DNA of 63,966 bases, filler included, from Saprolegnia diclina VS20 (taxonomy: Eukaryota), in the NCBI RefSeq assembly GCF_000281045.1. It is 12 parts of 3 records of this genome, joined end to end, with 100 filler letters (N's around TTAATTAATTAA, not from the genome) between each part and the next. Parts side by side here need not be neighbours in the genome. Positions count along the whole stretch, not along the records: positions 7,372 to 15,328 come from NW_008246139.1; positions 15,429 to 17,976 come from NW_008246139.1; positions 18,077 to 24,240 come from NW_008246139.1; positions 24,341 to 25,903 come from NW_008246139.1; 8 more parts are not named here. One strand, 5' to 3'. The position numbers and the translations under genes are program-made. The stretch's first letter is position 1, and the number at the start of each line of letters is the position of its first letter. Positions 12,786 to 25,257 of this stretch are shown here, one piece after another. The notes beneath the pieces were generated by a model. It was not told the DNA's origin. It did not search any database and saw only the letters and a list, made by a program, of their open reading frames with translations.

Positions 12786-13295
12786 TGCAAAATACAAAGT
12801 GGGAAAGGCGCCAACGTCGTTTGATTGGCAGTTACTGGCATCCCGACTTTTGATTGGTGGATTGTGTGTGCAGCACGTAGTCGCGCCACGTGCGGTCCGC
12901 GTATCACGCTGCGTCATCCAGTGTTGCAAACTATAGTCATTCGACTACGCCATCCTACTAGCTATGTCTACAGGATCCATCGTGATCATGCGTGTGCCCT
13001 GTCTAACGAAGCCACGCTAGGACCGTAGTGTGTGCCAGTACAGGCACTGAGAGCGCCGACGTGCTGGTCAACGAGGTGCGATTGATTGATGGATCGACAA
13101 GTGGTCCAGTGTGCGTCGAGGATTCCTGATTCTAACCCAAAACGCATTAACAAATCCACTCGGACGGTCCTTCTAGCATACCAAAGGACTCCAATTCTGC
13201 CCATTCCAATTCGCTCGATGATCCATAGACAACTAAATACGACTGTACATCGATACGAGGTGTCTGACTAGTCCTATCTTCCAACTGCAGTTTCA

Positions 13296-15273
13296 TCATT
13301 CGGAGGCGGCCATTGTCATCTGCGTCGTCGTCGATCGATTTGCCCGCAACGTGCGAAGACGCTGTGGCGACGTCTACAGGATATCATCAGCATTGACATT
13401 GTCCAACGCGACGAGGGTACCATGTCGGGAGGCGTCATGTCTGGGACGCGCGAGACTGGTGACGTCTTCTACGCCTCGTCCTCAGCCGTCATGACCATGC
13501 CATCGCATGACGTACCTCCACAGACGACGTGGTGACCACGCTCGGTGCACTGCTTCGCTTGGGGATAAAGACAACGCCGTCATCGTCGTCATCGTCATCG
13601 TCCTGGACGTCTGTGTCGTCACTGGCGCGCGCATCCGGCTCGATATACTTGCGCCAAATGAAGTACACGGCGAGTGACGACAGCAGCACGATACTCAGCA
13701 TGTAGTAGTCGTTGGCATCCCACGATGTCGACGGCAGCGGCTCTGTCGGCGTTAGCGGCGCCCGTGCCGTGGACTCTTGCTCGGCGAGGAGCGTCGCATT
13801 GAGTGCATGCACTTGGTTGGACCAGTGCGCCATGTCATCAGTCAAAGCGTCGCTGTGGCGTGTGCGGTCCGTGTACGTCTTGACCGCCGACTGCAGCGTC
13901 GCTCGACTCGTGTCGACCTCGTGGGAGATCGCCGTGACGATCTCTGGTAGCGACGGGGTCTCGGGCAGCGAGGCTACGTCGCGCGCATGCGCCTCGACCG
14001 ACGCAGTAATCGTCGCTCGGAAGGCTTCGACGGCGGCGCCGAGAGCGGCGTGGATCTCGGTGGCCGTCGCTTCGTTGACGGCAACGATCTCAGCGCGCAC
14101 CGACGCCTGCTGCTCGACGAGCGCGGTCGACATCGATGTCCACTCGCTTGTCCATGCATTCAACTGAGCTCGTGTCGAGGTTGCGACGGACGAGGCTTTG
14201 GCGTTGAGCTCGATAGCGTACTGCGCAACGTCGAACGCATCGTGGAATAGCTGCTCGACACGCAGACGCAGCATCGTACCGCACTGTTCTTGGTACTGGA
14301 GCGAGATGACACCAAGGCTGAGACACAGAAGGGAGAGTAAAATACGCAAAAGGACCTCGCGCAGCGACATGGAGGATGGCGGCGGTGGTACGTCCTTGAT
14401 CAACGTTGTCGTCTTGGTGCTGGACGCCTCGGTCGCCGGCAAGGACGATGTCGCCGGCTTGTCCAGAGTATGCACGACGGGCAGCAAGACAGGCGGCAAG
14501 GCAGGCTCTGGCAACGGAGCTGCGGTCTCCGTGTCGACGCTGCCCGAAACACTGCTCGTCTCGTCGTAACGTGCAGTCGGGCTGTCGTCGCACGTAACCG
14601 AGCGTTGGTTGTTGTTGGTGTTGCTATCGTCGCTGCTGTCGTCTTCGGGCGAGTCAAAGTTGAGCTTGATCGCGACCTTCTTGCGGCTTGGTGGCGTCGG
14701 CGGCAAGTCGTCGAATGCGTCCGATGTCGACGGCTTGGACGTGCTCCGGTGGAGCTGCGCTCGGCCTTTCGCCGACTTGCGCGGCGCAGCAAATAAGTTG
14801 TGGCGCGCCTTGGGCGTCCGCTTGCCCTTGGATCGTGTGTGCACGGGCGGGCTCTCGAACGTAGCGGTGATTGTCGATGGCGCCTCCGAGTCGGCGGCAG
14901 TGTTGCTGTTGTTGTCCTCGGCGGGCGGCGGCGCATGGGCGGCCAGGAACGCCTTGTAGGTCGCCGAGAGCCGGTCGTCGTGCTTGCGGCGAATGACCGC
15001 CGGGTCGTCGGGCTTGAACGAGCTCTTGATCTTGAGCGGGACGTCCGAGATCAGCGGCTTGGCGCCGAGGCCATCCTTGCGGGCGCGCCACGCGAGAAAC
15101 TGCTCGATGCGCGACGCCGCCGCAGCGCTGCTCGCTGACGCGTCCGGGCGCGGCGCCTCCGTGGCTTCGGGCGTTGAAGGCGGCGTCGCGCTGGCATCCG
15201 GCGGCTGGTCGGGCGTCCGGCCCTCGGTCGCGCCCTTGTAGCGAAGCGTCTCTTCCCACGGCTTGCCGCTCAT
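13296..15273 (-). CDS. Hypothetical protein: disordered S/P/D-rich N-terminus, two TM helices flanking a helical/coiled-coil region
   Basis: ORF from MSGKPWEE; hydrophobic segments ILLSLLCLSLGVISL and MLSIVLLSSLAVYFIW; two short predicted 3' exons ending at TGA 13296. Confidence 0.65.
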
Positions 15274-15514
15274 CGGTGCTTGTCTACTCCCCCGACTTTT
15301 AGCCAATCGCCTGCCATCTGGTTTCTTTNNNNNNNNNNNNNNNNNNNNNNNNNNNNNNNNNNNNNNNNNNNNTTAATTAATTAANNNNNNNNNNNNNNNN
15401 NNNNNNNNNNNNNNNNNNNNNNNNNNNNAAGCCTGCGTGTTATAACATTCCATCGACGCTGTGCCACTTCACCCGAGTGTTGCAGCGTGTTAGATTTGAT
15501 CTTTGTGAAGAGCC

Positions 15515-17976
15515 ATGAGCAGCATGGACGAGGTCTGGGCCGCGATGAAGCGCGAGAACGACGTCCGCCCCGTGGCCTTCCGCGCCAAGCCCCCGAAGGA
15601 CGCTCCGAGCAGCAAGGCCAAGAAGACGAAGAAGCCGCCCAAGGCCATTGTGGTGGCGAAGGACGATGCAACTCGGTCCATCGAGGTCCCGACGGCCGTC
15701 GAGACAGGCTGCGGCGGCGACCTCGACGAGCTCGGCGACGATGTGGCTGCCATGACACTCACAGCCGACGACATCCTCACCAAGCACCAGCGCGACCTCA
15801 ACTGCCTCAGTGACGAGCAACAAGGCGTGCGCAAGCGGGCGATCGCAGTGCTATCGGCCGTCGTTGCGGCCGCGCCGCCCTCGATCCTTCCCGCGCTCTT
15901 CCCGTCCTTTGCCAAGCCGCTCTTCAAGCGCTTCAACGATCCGGTCGAGAAGGTGCGCGACACGAGCATTCAACTCACGACCACCTTTCTTCTCCACCAC
16001 GATAACCTCCTTCCGATCTTACCATACCTCATGCCAGCTCTCGTCACGCGCCTCGGCAGTCCATGGAGCTTTGACGAGAAGCTCCAAGTGTTTCTCGCGA
16101 GCGAGACGCTGCGGGCTGCCCACGAGCGCGGTCGCATCTTCGTCCCCGAGACCGACGTCGGCCCATACAAAAAGCCGCGCGAACCGTCCGAGGAAGTCCG
16201 AGGACATTTCATTGCGCTCCTCCAGACGCTGCTCGAGGTACTCTTTACCCAGCAAGCATCGTCGCTGCTCAACGCGTACGTCTACGACATCCTCTGCGTC
16301 CTTGTTCTCGGCGTCCACGACCACTGCCCGGACGTTGCGATCCGATCTTGTGATGCGCTCGTGCTCCTTGCGCACAACATGGTGTCGGTGCTCAAGCACT
16401 TTAGCGTCGCCTTAGTCCGTGCGTCCAAGCACCTGCTCGAACACCGCCTCGCACGTGTCCGCGCCGCCGCCATGCGCTGCATCCGGGAGCTTGTCATGGT
16501 GCCCAACGTCGAGAAGTGCAAGGGCAGTGGCACCGAAGCCATCGCCGACCTTGTCGCATACCAAGATGAAAACATCATCCCTGTCTCGGCCTTCTACACG
16601 CACGAGGTCAAGGTCAACGTCTTTGCCAAGCTCGACCAGGACGCCAATGTGAGTGTTCGCCGGGCGTTCTACGATACCATCATGGCGTGGCTCACGCACC
16701 TTCCGGACCGATACGACCACGAACCGCGCCTCATGCCCTACTTGCTAAGGTACAAATCTTCTATCCTTGGGCCGGATAGAAGCTCACATGGTGGTGCCAG
16801 TGCGGTCGCGGACGAATGCGCCGAGATCTCACAAGTGGCCATGGCGACGATGGACGCCTTGGGCAAGCGATATGCGCAAGAACACCCGGACGATGTCTCG
16901 ACTTGATACATTGATAGATTACGAAGCTAACCGCTGCGGGTAGGTGATTGAGCGAACGCAGTACGCTGTGGACGGCAGTGCATTTTGCAACTTTGAGGCG
17001 CCGTACCCACCACCCTTTACCGGCCGCCCGAGCCTCGGAACGCGCTTGTACATTCGCGGTCGCTGCCGGCGGTTCATCAACGTACGAGTCTTCACAGTAC
17101 ATGACAAGTTGTACAATCTACGGCGTCTAGACGCTGTTGCGAGAACTCTCGCATTGGCAAGGCCCAACGCGGATGCATGCGGCGCGCCTGCTGCTGTGCC
17201 TCCTCGTCTACTGCGAAGACACGATCACGGTCGACTTGCACCACTTGGTTGCGCACTTGACAACCAACTGGCACGATGCAGAGATTGCATCGACATTGCG
17301 CATCGTGGGCGAGTGCTGCGGACGCTTTGCGCAGCCGTCGACGTACGTGCCACTGCTCTTGCCGTACTTGCGTGGCGAGACGGCTGTGCTGCGTCACCAG
17401 CCCGCCATGGAGCTGCTTGTGACGATGATGCAGGGCACGAGTCCCATGAGCTGTCGTCAACTGCTGTGCCAGCTGCCTCTCTTGACGGAAGCCTTGTTGG
17501 AGCCGTTCCTTTTCGAGTCGAAAGACCCTTTGGTCCGGCAAACGCTCGGGACGCTGGTCGCAGCCCTCGTCGAGGTGCTCAATGGTACGCAAGCTAGTAA
17601 CGAGCGAGTGATGATGTGAGTGTTTAGGGCACTGGCACGCCCGCACGGAGAGCTGTTTCGAGTACCAAGGTCGGTTGATCTCCAAGAGTCTGGTCTATGA
17701 ACGTCTGCATACGATGCTATTGGTGCTACCAGCTCCGCCCACGTACGCTATCTGTGACTATTTATCACATTTTGAGAGGATGTTGTAGGACTCTCGAGAC
17801 GCTTCGCAAGATTGCAGGGCCCAATGTGTTGCTCGACACGTCGATGAGCATCGACTTTGGCAGTGATTGCTAGAGTTTCGACTTGATGCGTTGGGTCTTC
17901 TCGAATAAGAATCTTGTACAATTTGCCAAGACATGCTCATGTGTTTCCAGCTTGCGTCGACGACTGACAATGCATA
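15515..17976 (+). CDS. DNAAF5: HEAT-repeat protein similar to dynein axonemal assembly factor 5 (HEATR2); multi-exon, 3' end uncertain
   Basis: Motifs RDLNCLSD...RKRA, KPLFKRFNDPVEKVRD, EPSEEVR, DANVSVRRAF...WL...LPDRY...LMPYLL and RELSHW...R..AA.LL recall HEATR2; consistent with a flagellated (zoospore-forming) organism. Confidence 0.65.
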
Positions 17977-18076
17977 NNNNNNNNNNNNNNNNNNNNNNNN
18001 NNNNNNNNNNNNNNNNNNNNTTAATTAATTAANNNNNNNNNNNNNNNNNNNNNNNNNNNNNNNNNNNNNNNNNNNN

Positions 18077-19100
18077 CGTCGTCGTCGGCAATATCGATCG
18101 AGTCTTCTTCGATAAAGTACGCGATCGGGCGAAAGCGCCACGCGGCTTGGAGACGCGCTGGCGTCATACACTGCGGGTGGAAGACGTCGGACAACTTCCG
18201 CATGGTCTTCCCGCGGTCGGAGCCATTGTTGTCCACCCATCGGCCCTTGGCTGTTCCCGTTGGCGGAACCCAACGCTGGCTCATCGTCGCATCGCCGACC
18301 GTAATGAAGGCCATGTCAAAGATATCAGCTCCCACGAGCCAGTCGACGACCGCCTTGTCACGACCGGTTAGCGTCGCATACTGTGGCGCGGCGGTCCGCG
18401 TTTCAAGCTCGACGTGGACGACGCAGTACTCTTGCTCTTGCAGCATCTCGATCGCGTCGTCAATGTCGGCCTTGGACGGCAGCGGCGGTGGCGCAAAGTA
18501 CCAGCAGTCGTCGCTACCGTCATAGTCCTCGTAGCTCACATGGTGCACAAAGACGCCGCGGGTGCCCGATGTGATCGGTGCGACCGAGACGTGGCACGTG
18601 TTGAAGAAGACGACCGCGTGCCCGCTGAGAGTCTCGTACGTCGTTGTCCGGTCTTCGTACGTGATGGTGACGGCACCGCCAGTGCAGTCGGACGGCATAA
18701 AGTAGAGCAGCGTCGCAAACGTTGCCGGTGTCGAAGCAGACGTCGGCATCAGCGCCGAAGCCGACCCGACGGCATCGATCGCGAAATGTGCAAAGTCGTA
18801 GACGTAGCTCGCGTCGAGCTTCAGTTCATCAATAGTGTCGCTCCACGAATATTGATAGTGGTCGAGGTAGATGCTCGACGTGATGGCCGACGGCGGGAGC
18901 AAGAGCGTCGTCTTCTCGGGGCTTGCCTCCATCAGCGACGCTGCCAGTGCCGGTGCGATCGGCCAGTCGACGTCAACGCCATGGATGGCCATGTGCTCCG
19001 AGCCGTCGTACCGCTCTTCGTTCTCATCGCGGTAGCAGTGAAGCATTTTGACCATCTCCACGAGTCTTCGGAGGCGGAGACGGCCGCCCGTGCCCGACAT
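18077..19100 (-). CDS. 2OG-Fe(II) oxygenase-like family protein, copy 1 (3' end in gap)
   Basis: TFATLLYFMPSDCTGGAVTI and FFNTCHVSVAPITSGTRGVFV resemble the FGTLV..LPS...GG.L and V.PVTSG.R motifs of a double-stranded beta-helix oxygenase family. Confidence 0.6.
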
Positions 19101-20253
19101 AAGGAATAATTCACACTGGACAGCGTCATGTTGAATTCAAATATCGTTACACACGGTAGCACTATGTTGTATAAAACACGTCGCGGAGTTGTTTTCTACT
19201 GGTTTTTTTACAAGGAGTGCTGGTCTTCCGATGGTGCGGAGGGTCGGAACGTGAGCGCACGCCACTGCGCTCGGCATCAACAGCTGTGCCGATACTCCCG
19301 CAGCTGCTCTCGCGGTCAAGGGAGCAACTATTGCGAGATCGCATGTCCGGCACGGCTCGTCGCGCCGTGGTGCCATCGCTTGCCGCTTCCCTTAACGCGC
19401 TCCGTGGCGACCCTTGGAGCGATCGCTACCAGATTCCTCGCTGATAAAGCCAGGTAAGAACGCGTCTCCGACAAGTTCAACGCACCATCTCTCAAGTGCG
19501 GTCGAAACTGAAGTTGAAGGCGCGGAAGTTAAGAGCACGCTCTGGCCATGGACGTTGAAGTACCCGTTCTCAGAAACGATGTAGGCCATGTCTTTGGAAT
19601 GGAACGCGCTACCGCCGGTACTGTAGGTGTAGGTTCTAGTAGATCATAGGAAAGGTGCTAATCTTAATTTGACTTCTGATTTAGCCTCCAGTTTGGAGTG
19701 CCTTCGGTACCGGACCGAGATCACTCGCACAGTCCCGAGTCACGACCACGAACGCTCCTCGCTTGACGCACCGGCCACACCTTACGAGCGCATCGGGAAG
19801 TCTGCCACGTATGTCTTCAAGATAGAGAAGCGAAGCTTTCAAGCTCGCTTCTTTATATCGTGATATTCGTCAATCCATTCGGATGAATTAAATGAATTCA
19901 TCGCAATCGTGAGCTTCATGACATAACATGTATGTGGCCTTTTGTGTTGCTGTCTCGCACGCTTGGGCGTTCTGGGGATGGTACGTGGAAGGTCGAAAGG
20001 CGCGCACACCACGGGTCTTGAAGCAGCCGCTTGCTAGATGACCAGTGACTCTGGCATCGTCGGGGTGACGCGCGAAACACTCGATCCTTGCGTTCAAGCC
20101 AAAATGATGTACCAGACGCTGGCGCGTACGATCGTCATTGCACCGCGATCGTTTATTTGTGATGGGAAATGCTGCAAGCATCGCTCGCATCTCTCACGAC
20201 ATTGCATTGACATGTCAAAATATGCGTAATTCGATAGGATTCATGTTGCACAA

Positions 20254-22261
20254 CTAGTCGCTTCCGAGGTACGTGTCGAGAACGAGTTCTTGCGCCGCGG
20301 TGAGCTGGCCTCGTTTCTGAAGCATCGATAGCGTCTTTTGGAACTTGGGTCTGACGCGCCGCGTCGATGCAAGCGCCTCGGCAGCGTCAAAGCGTCGCGA
20401 CCCGATCGTCAGCAAGAGCAAGTGGGCGGCGGCCTCGTCGTAGCGGTCAACAACGAGCTTGTCGGGTTGCAGCGCCAAGTCGAGGTAGGCATCGTGCAGT
20501 ACGCGTGGCAGCGGCGTCGCACGCGCTGTCCACAAAGCAGCCGGTAACCCGCATTCGTATTGGAATCGTTTCACAAACGGCGTCACGTCGTTCATCATGA
20601 CGACGATGTTGTCGACGACGTCGGCCGGCAGACGCGTTGACAAGGCGACGTGCGTGCTCGGTGCCACGGCGTTCTCGTAGATCCATGCAGCGACATAAAT
20701 GCCGTCCACAGGCATTCCATTCCAATGCAACTGGGCGGTCCACCAGCGAGACGCCAAATCGTACAAGTCCCGCTCACACGACGGGTTGTCAGCACCGATG
20801 CCTTCAAGTACCTTGCGCCAAAACACGCCAGATGTAGACACGTCCAGGCTGCTCAAGGCTTCCGTCATGGACGGCAAGCCAAAGCGGTGGACGACTGCGA
20901 CCACCCACGGTACGATAGCGATATCGTGCGCGTCCCATCGCATACCACCCAGATAGTCTGCCATGAGCGTGCAGTCGCCATAGTCAAAGAGCACATTGGC
21001 CATGGCCAGACGACTCGAGCGATTGAACTGAGCCGGGCCAGGCTCGTCCCCGATGAAGAAGTCCACCGCGGCTTCAAAGAGCGCTTGGGTAGACCCGAAC
21101 CCAAAGTCGTCCGAGCACGACCCGTTCACGTGATCCCGCAGCAAAGCGACGGTGCGGACAAGACCGAGCAGCGACAGGCGAAGAGCTTTGGGCCAAAAGA
21201 CAAGGCAGACTGGGCGATCACCGTCGTCGTCGGCAATATCGATCGAGTCTTCTTCGATAAAGTACGCGATCGGGCGAAAGCGCCACGCGGCTTGGAGACG
21301 CGCTGGCGTCATACACNNNNNNNNNNNNNNNNNNNNNNNNNNNNNNNNNNNNNNNNNNNNNNNNNNNNNNNNNNNNNNNNNNNNNNNNNNNNNNNNNNNN
21401 NNNNNNNNNNNNNNNNNNNNNNNNNNNNNNNNNNNNNNNNNNNNNNNNNNNNNNNNNNNNNNNNNNNNNNNNNNNNNNNNNNNNNNNNNNNNNNNNNNNN
21501 NNNNNNNNNNNNNNNNNNNNNNNNNNNNNNNNNNNNNNNNNNNNNNNNNNNNNNNNNNNNNNNNNNNNNNNNNNNNNNNNNNNNNNNNNNNNNNNNNNNN
21601 NNNNNNNNNNNNNNNNNNNNNNNNNNNNNNNNNNNNNNNNNNNNNNNNNNNNNNNNNNNNNNNNNNNNNNNNNNNNNNNNNNNNNNNNNNNNNNNNNNNN
21701 NNNNNNNNNNNNNNNNNNNNNNNNNNNNNNNNNNNNNNNNNNNNNNNNNNNNNNNNNNNNNNNNNNNNNNNNNNNNNNNNNNNNNNNNNNNNNNNNNNNN
21801 NNNNNNNNNNNNNNNNNNNNNNNNNNNNNNNNNNNNNNNNNNNNNNNNNNNNNNNNNNNNNNNNNNNNNNNNNNNNNNNNNNNNNNNNNNNCCGGTGTCG
21901 AAGCAGACGTCGGCACTAGCGCCGAAGCCGAACCGACGGCATCGATCGCGAAATGTGAAAAGTCGTAGACATAGCGCGTGTCGAGCTTCAGTTCACGGAC
22001 AATAGTGTCGTACTGGAAAGACGACTGGTCGAGGTAGCGGCTCGACGTGATGGCCGACGGCGGGAGCAAGAGCGTCGTCTTCTCGGGGCTTGTCTCCATC
22101 AACGACGCCGCCAGTGCCGGCGCGATCGGCCAGTCGACGTCGACGCCATGGATGGCCACGCGCTCCGAGCCACCGTACATGTCTTCGTTCTCTTCGTCGT
22201 AGCAGTGAGGTACCATGACAGCCTCCACGAGACTGCTGAGATTGCCAGTCGTGTCGGACAT
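20254..22261 (-). CDS. 2OG-Fe(II) oxygenase-like family protein, copy 2 (middle in gap)
   Basis: The N-terminal part (MSDTTGNLSSLV...IHGVDVDWPIAPALAASLME) parallels copy 1; 21221-21316 matches the copy-1 sequence starting at 18077; the C-terminal ORF includes CLVFWP and a helical region. Confidence 0.65.
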
Positions 22262-23000
22262 GGACGAGAATTCAAACTGCACGGTGTCATGTTGGCACAC
22301 TGAGCATCGTTTCACACTCTGTATGTAACGCTGCTGGCTGTATAAAACAGTGAATCAAACACGGAATGGCTCTACATGTGTGTACCGGCTCCATAGTGTG
22401 AGTGATGGTGCAGGTATAGAGTGCTGGTCTTCTGAAGAGGTCGGAACGTATCCGATCTCTTCCTGCTCGACACCGACAGCTGTGTCACTTTGGTGCGAAC
22501 CGCGCCAAGCACGACTCGATAAGCGAAGTCGATATAGCGCGGGAGAAGGAGGACCGGCTGGTGGAGCTCTACTCCTGCTGGAGCACCCGCGTGCATGCAG
22601 AAACCCTCAGGTAGCTGGTCTCGTGGTGTACAAAAGGCATTTGGCGAGGACATCTTGTTGGTGGCGGCATGCGAGTCGCGTCGTCACCGCATTCAGCGGC
22701 GCCACCGCTGTCGTGAGTCACGCGGCTAGAGACATCTATCACAAGTGGTGGCTCACTGCGGCCTTCCCTACGGCGCGCTCCAAGCAAAAGCAGTCAACTT
22801 CGAAATGTGGCACCAAGGGAATAATTTCCGAATAAATTCCCTTGTGTGGCACGGACCACCTCTTGCAATCCACGCTGGACGGAGAAACCCTTGAAATACT
22901 TGAACATCGTCATGTCAGCGACCGTCGATTTCGCAACAAGATTGCGTGTTGAAACAGGAAAAAATATGATATTCATTGACTAGTCTCTGTTCATTGACAG

Positions 23001-23708
23001 TTACTTGCGCGTCTTGCACGCGATCTTGTTGTTGACGATCGCATATTCGTGGCAGTTGTCGTCGTCCTTGAGCTTGCCGTCGAACGGCAGCGACTTGCGA
23101 ATGTGGCCCGACGGCGTCTTGATCTCGTGCTTGAGAATGCACGTGGCGTCGGCACCATCGGCATGGCCGAACGACTGGCGGTGGATCGACTCGCAAAGGT
23201 CGCCGAGGTTCTTGCCTTCGGTGAGAAAGCACGAGCGGAGGTAGTTGCGGTCGCCGATGCGCTGCGGGACAAAGTACCCGCGGAGCTCCGTGAGGTTGTG
23301 CGCCTTGTAGCCGTCGAGCGTGAGCGGCTCAATCTCCTGCGGGCCACCCGCGCCGATGCGGCGGTAGCCGTAGAAGCACTCGTCGCAGTTGTACACGTTG
23401 TCGCTGCCCTTGATGATCTGGCCGTTGGCGTCGCGGCCCTTGGGTGTCTTCTTGGCCGTCGCCGCGTACTTGCGGCAGCGAAAGACGTTGATGCCGAGGA
23501 TCACGTCCGGCTTGGTCGTGCAGCGCGAGTACGTGTCGTACTGCGGCCCGGCAATGTCCCATGTGTTGGACGCGCACGTCGGGAGGTTCTCGAACGCGAC
23601 CTGCGTGTACTGGAGCGTGTGCTCGACGTTGGGAAGGATGACCGAGTTGTTGGTGGCAGCGGCGGCCGTCGCGAGAAGCGAGGCGAGGAGAAGCGTCGAA
23701 GCGTGCAT
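23001..23708 (-). CDS. Secreted cysteine-rich protein, 235 aa, intronless
   Basis: Signal peptide MHASTLLLASLLATAAAA; 10 Cys; strong C/G third-position codon bias. Confidence 0.85.
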   Translation of the reverse strand: MHASTLLLASLLATAAAATNNSVILPNVEHTLQYTQVAFENLPTCASNTWDIAGPQYDTYSRCTTKPDVILGINVFRCRKYAATAKKTPKGRDANGQIIKGSDNVYNCDECFYGYRRIGAGGPQEIEPLTLDGYKAHNLTELRGYFVPQRIGDRNYLRSCFLTEGKNLGDLCESIHRQSFGHADGADATCILKHEIKTPSGHIRKSLPFDGKLKDDDNCHEYAIVNNKIACKTRK

Positions 23709-24340
23709 GTTGGTTGCGGACGTCGAATGGAAAAGTGAGATGTGAAGCCAAGGTGTATCGATTCAGTGTCGATGCCTGTATCGCTGCTAGCTGCTTTGAC
23801 ATTCAAAGGAAGGCGCGCTGCGACAAGGGACGCATTGCCTCGTTCGATGGAACTGTAGTTGCCCGGAGTCATCACCAGTGATCGTGTCCGTACGTTATGC
23901 AAAAACAGGTGGGGACTGGACACTCGAGTATGAGTGTGAACTGTACGATGGCTGCCATGGGTGGCTGCCTACCATGGCTGCCTACTGGTACCCGGAGATT
24001 CGAAGCAAACAAATGGAGCAGTTGGATTGAATATATTTGTAGACACCTTGGTGTGAGTTATCGTCAAGACACTGGATATTCAACCAATATACTAGTGCTT
24101 GCTTTTGCTAGAGTGTGACTAGTGTATGCGTAAACTTGACGAGTTAAGTGTCGATTAGTGTGCCATTCGGGCTGAGAGAGCTCTGTTACATGAATGGTTG
24201 CATGTATGAGCGTCTAACGACGAAAGCCCCTCGAGCAGCANNNNNNNNNNNNNNNNNNNNNNNNNNNNNNNNNNNNNNNNNNNNTTAATTAATTAANNNN
24301 NNNNNNNNNNNNNNNNNNNNNNNNNNNNNNNNNNNNNNNN

Positions 24341-24494
24341 CATGTAGAGCCATTCCGTGTTTGATTCACTGTTTTATACAGCCAGCAGCGTTACATACAG
24401 AGTGTGAAACGATGCTCAGTGTGCCAACATGACACTGTGCAGTTTGAATTCTCGTCCATGTCCGACACGACTGGCAATCTCAGCAGTCTCGTGG
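24341..24494 (+). repeat. Inverted copy of 22225-22378 (promoter and first codons of the oxygenase-like gene, ATG at 24458)
   Basis: 154-bp reverse-complement match with one visible mismatch. Confidence 0.9.
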
Positions 24495-24726
24495 TGACGT
24501 GAGGTACTCTTGACATACGGCTACATCCTCCTCACCTTGAACGACGTCATGTCAGCGACCGTCGATTTCGCAACAAGATTGCGTGCAAGACGCGCAAGTA
24601 ACTGGCCATGAATATCATATCTTATTCTGTTTCAACACGCACTCTTGTTGCGAAATCGACGGTCGCTGACATGACGTCGTTCAAGGTGAGGAGGATGTAG
24701 CCGTATGTCAAGAGTACCTCACGTCA
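24495..24726. repeat. Long fold-back inverted repeat (84-bp perfect arms, 91 bp with one mismatch, 50-nt loop)
   Basis: 24495-24578 is the exact reverse complement of 24643-24726. Confidence 0.95.
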
Positions 24727-25257
24727 AACATCAGTAGAAAAAGGCGACCCATGCCAAGCCTAGACACGACGATGCCGGTTTTCGGTCGGAGCGCTCTGTA
24801 CTGTGGGGAAGGTCGCAGTGAGCCACCGCTTTCGTGAGCCACGCATGCCGCCGCCAGCCACATGCCGTCGCCAAATGCCTTGTATCCCGCGAGCCACCTA
24901 CAGCCTTCGAGGATCACTGTACGCCCGTTGTTTTTTCCGCAGGAGTCGACTTCCACCAGCCGGATGTGGATGGCAGCTGTGGTGGCGTAGAGCAATAACT
25001 GNNNNNNNNNNNNNNNNNNNNNNNNNNNNNNNNNNNNNNNNNNNNNNNNNNNNNNNNNNNNNNNNNNNNNNNNNNNNNNNNNNNNNNNNNNNNNNNNNNN
25101 NNNNNNNNNNNNNNNNNNNNNNNNNNNNNNNNNNNNNNNNNNNNNNNNNNNNNNNNNNNNNNNNNNNNNNNNNNNNNNNNNNNNNNNNNNNNNNNNNNNN
25201 NNNNNNNNNNNNNNNNNNNNNNNNNNNNNNNNNNNNNNNCATGGGATATGTTGTGAA

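Noticed and set aside
20650..22005. ORFs running through N-gaps (also 38101-38900 and 45390-46189)
   Set aside because: Their length is an artefact of N translated as X.
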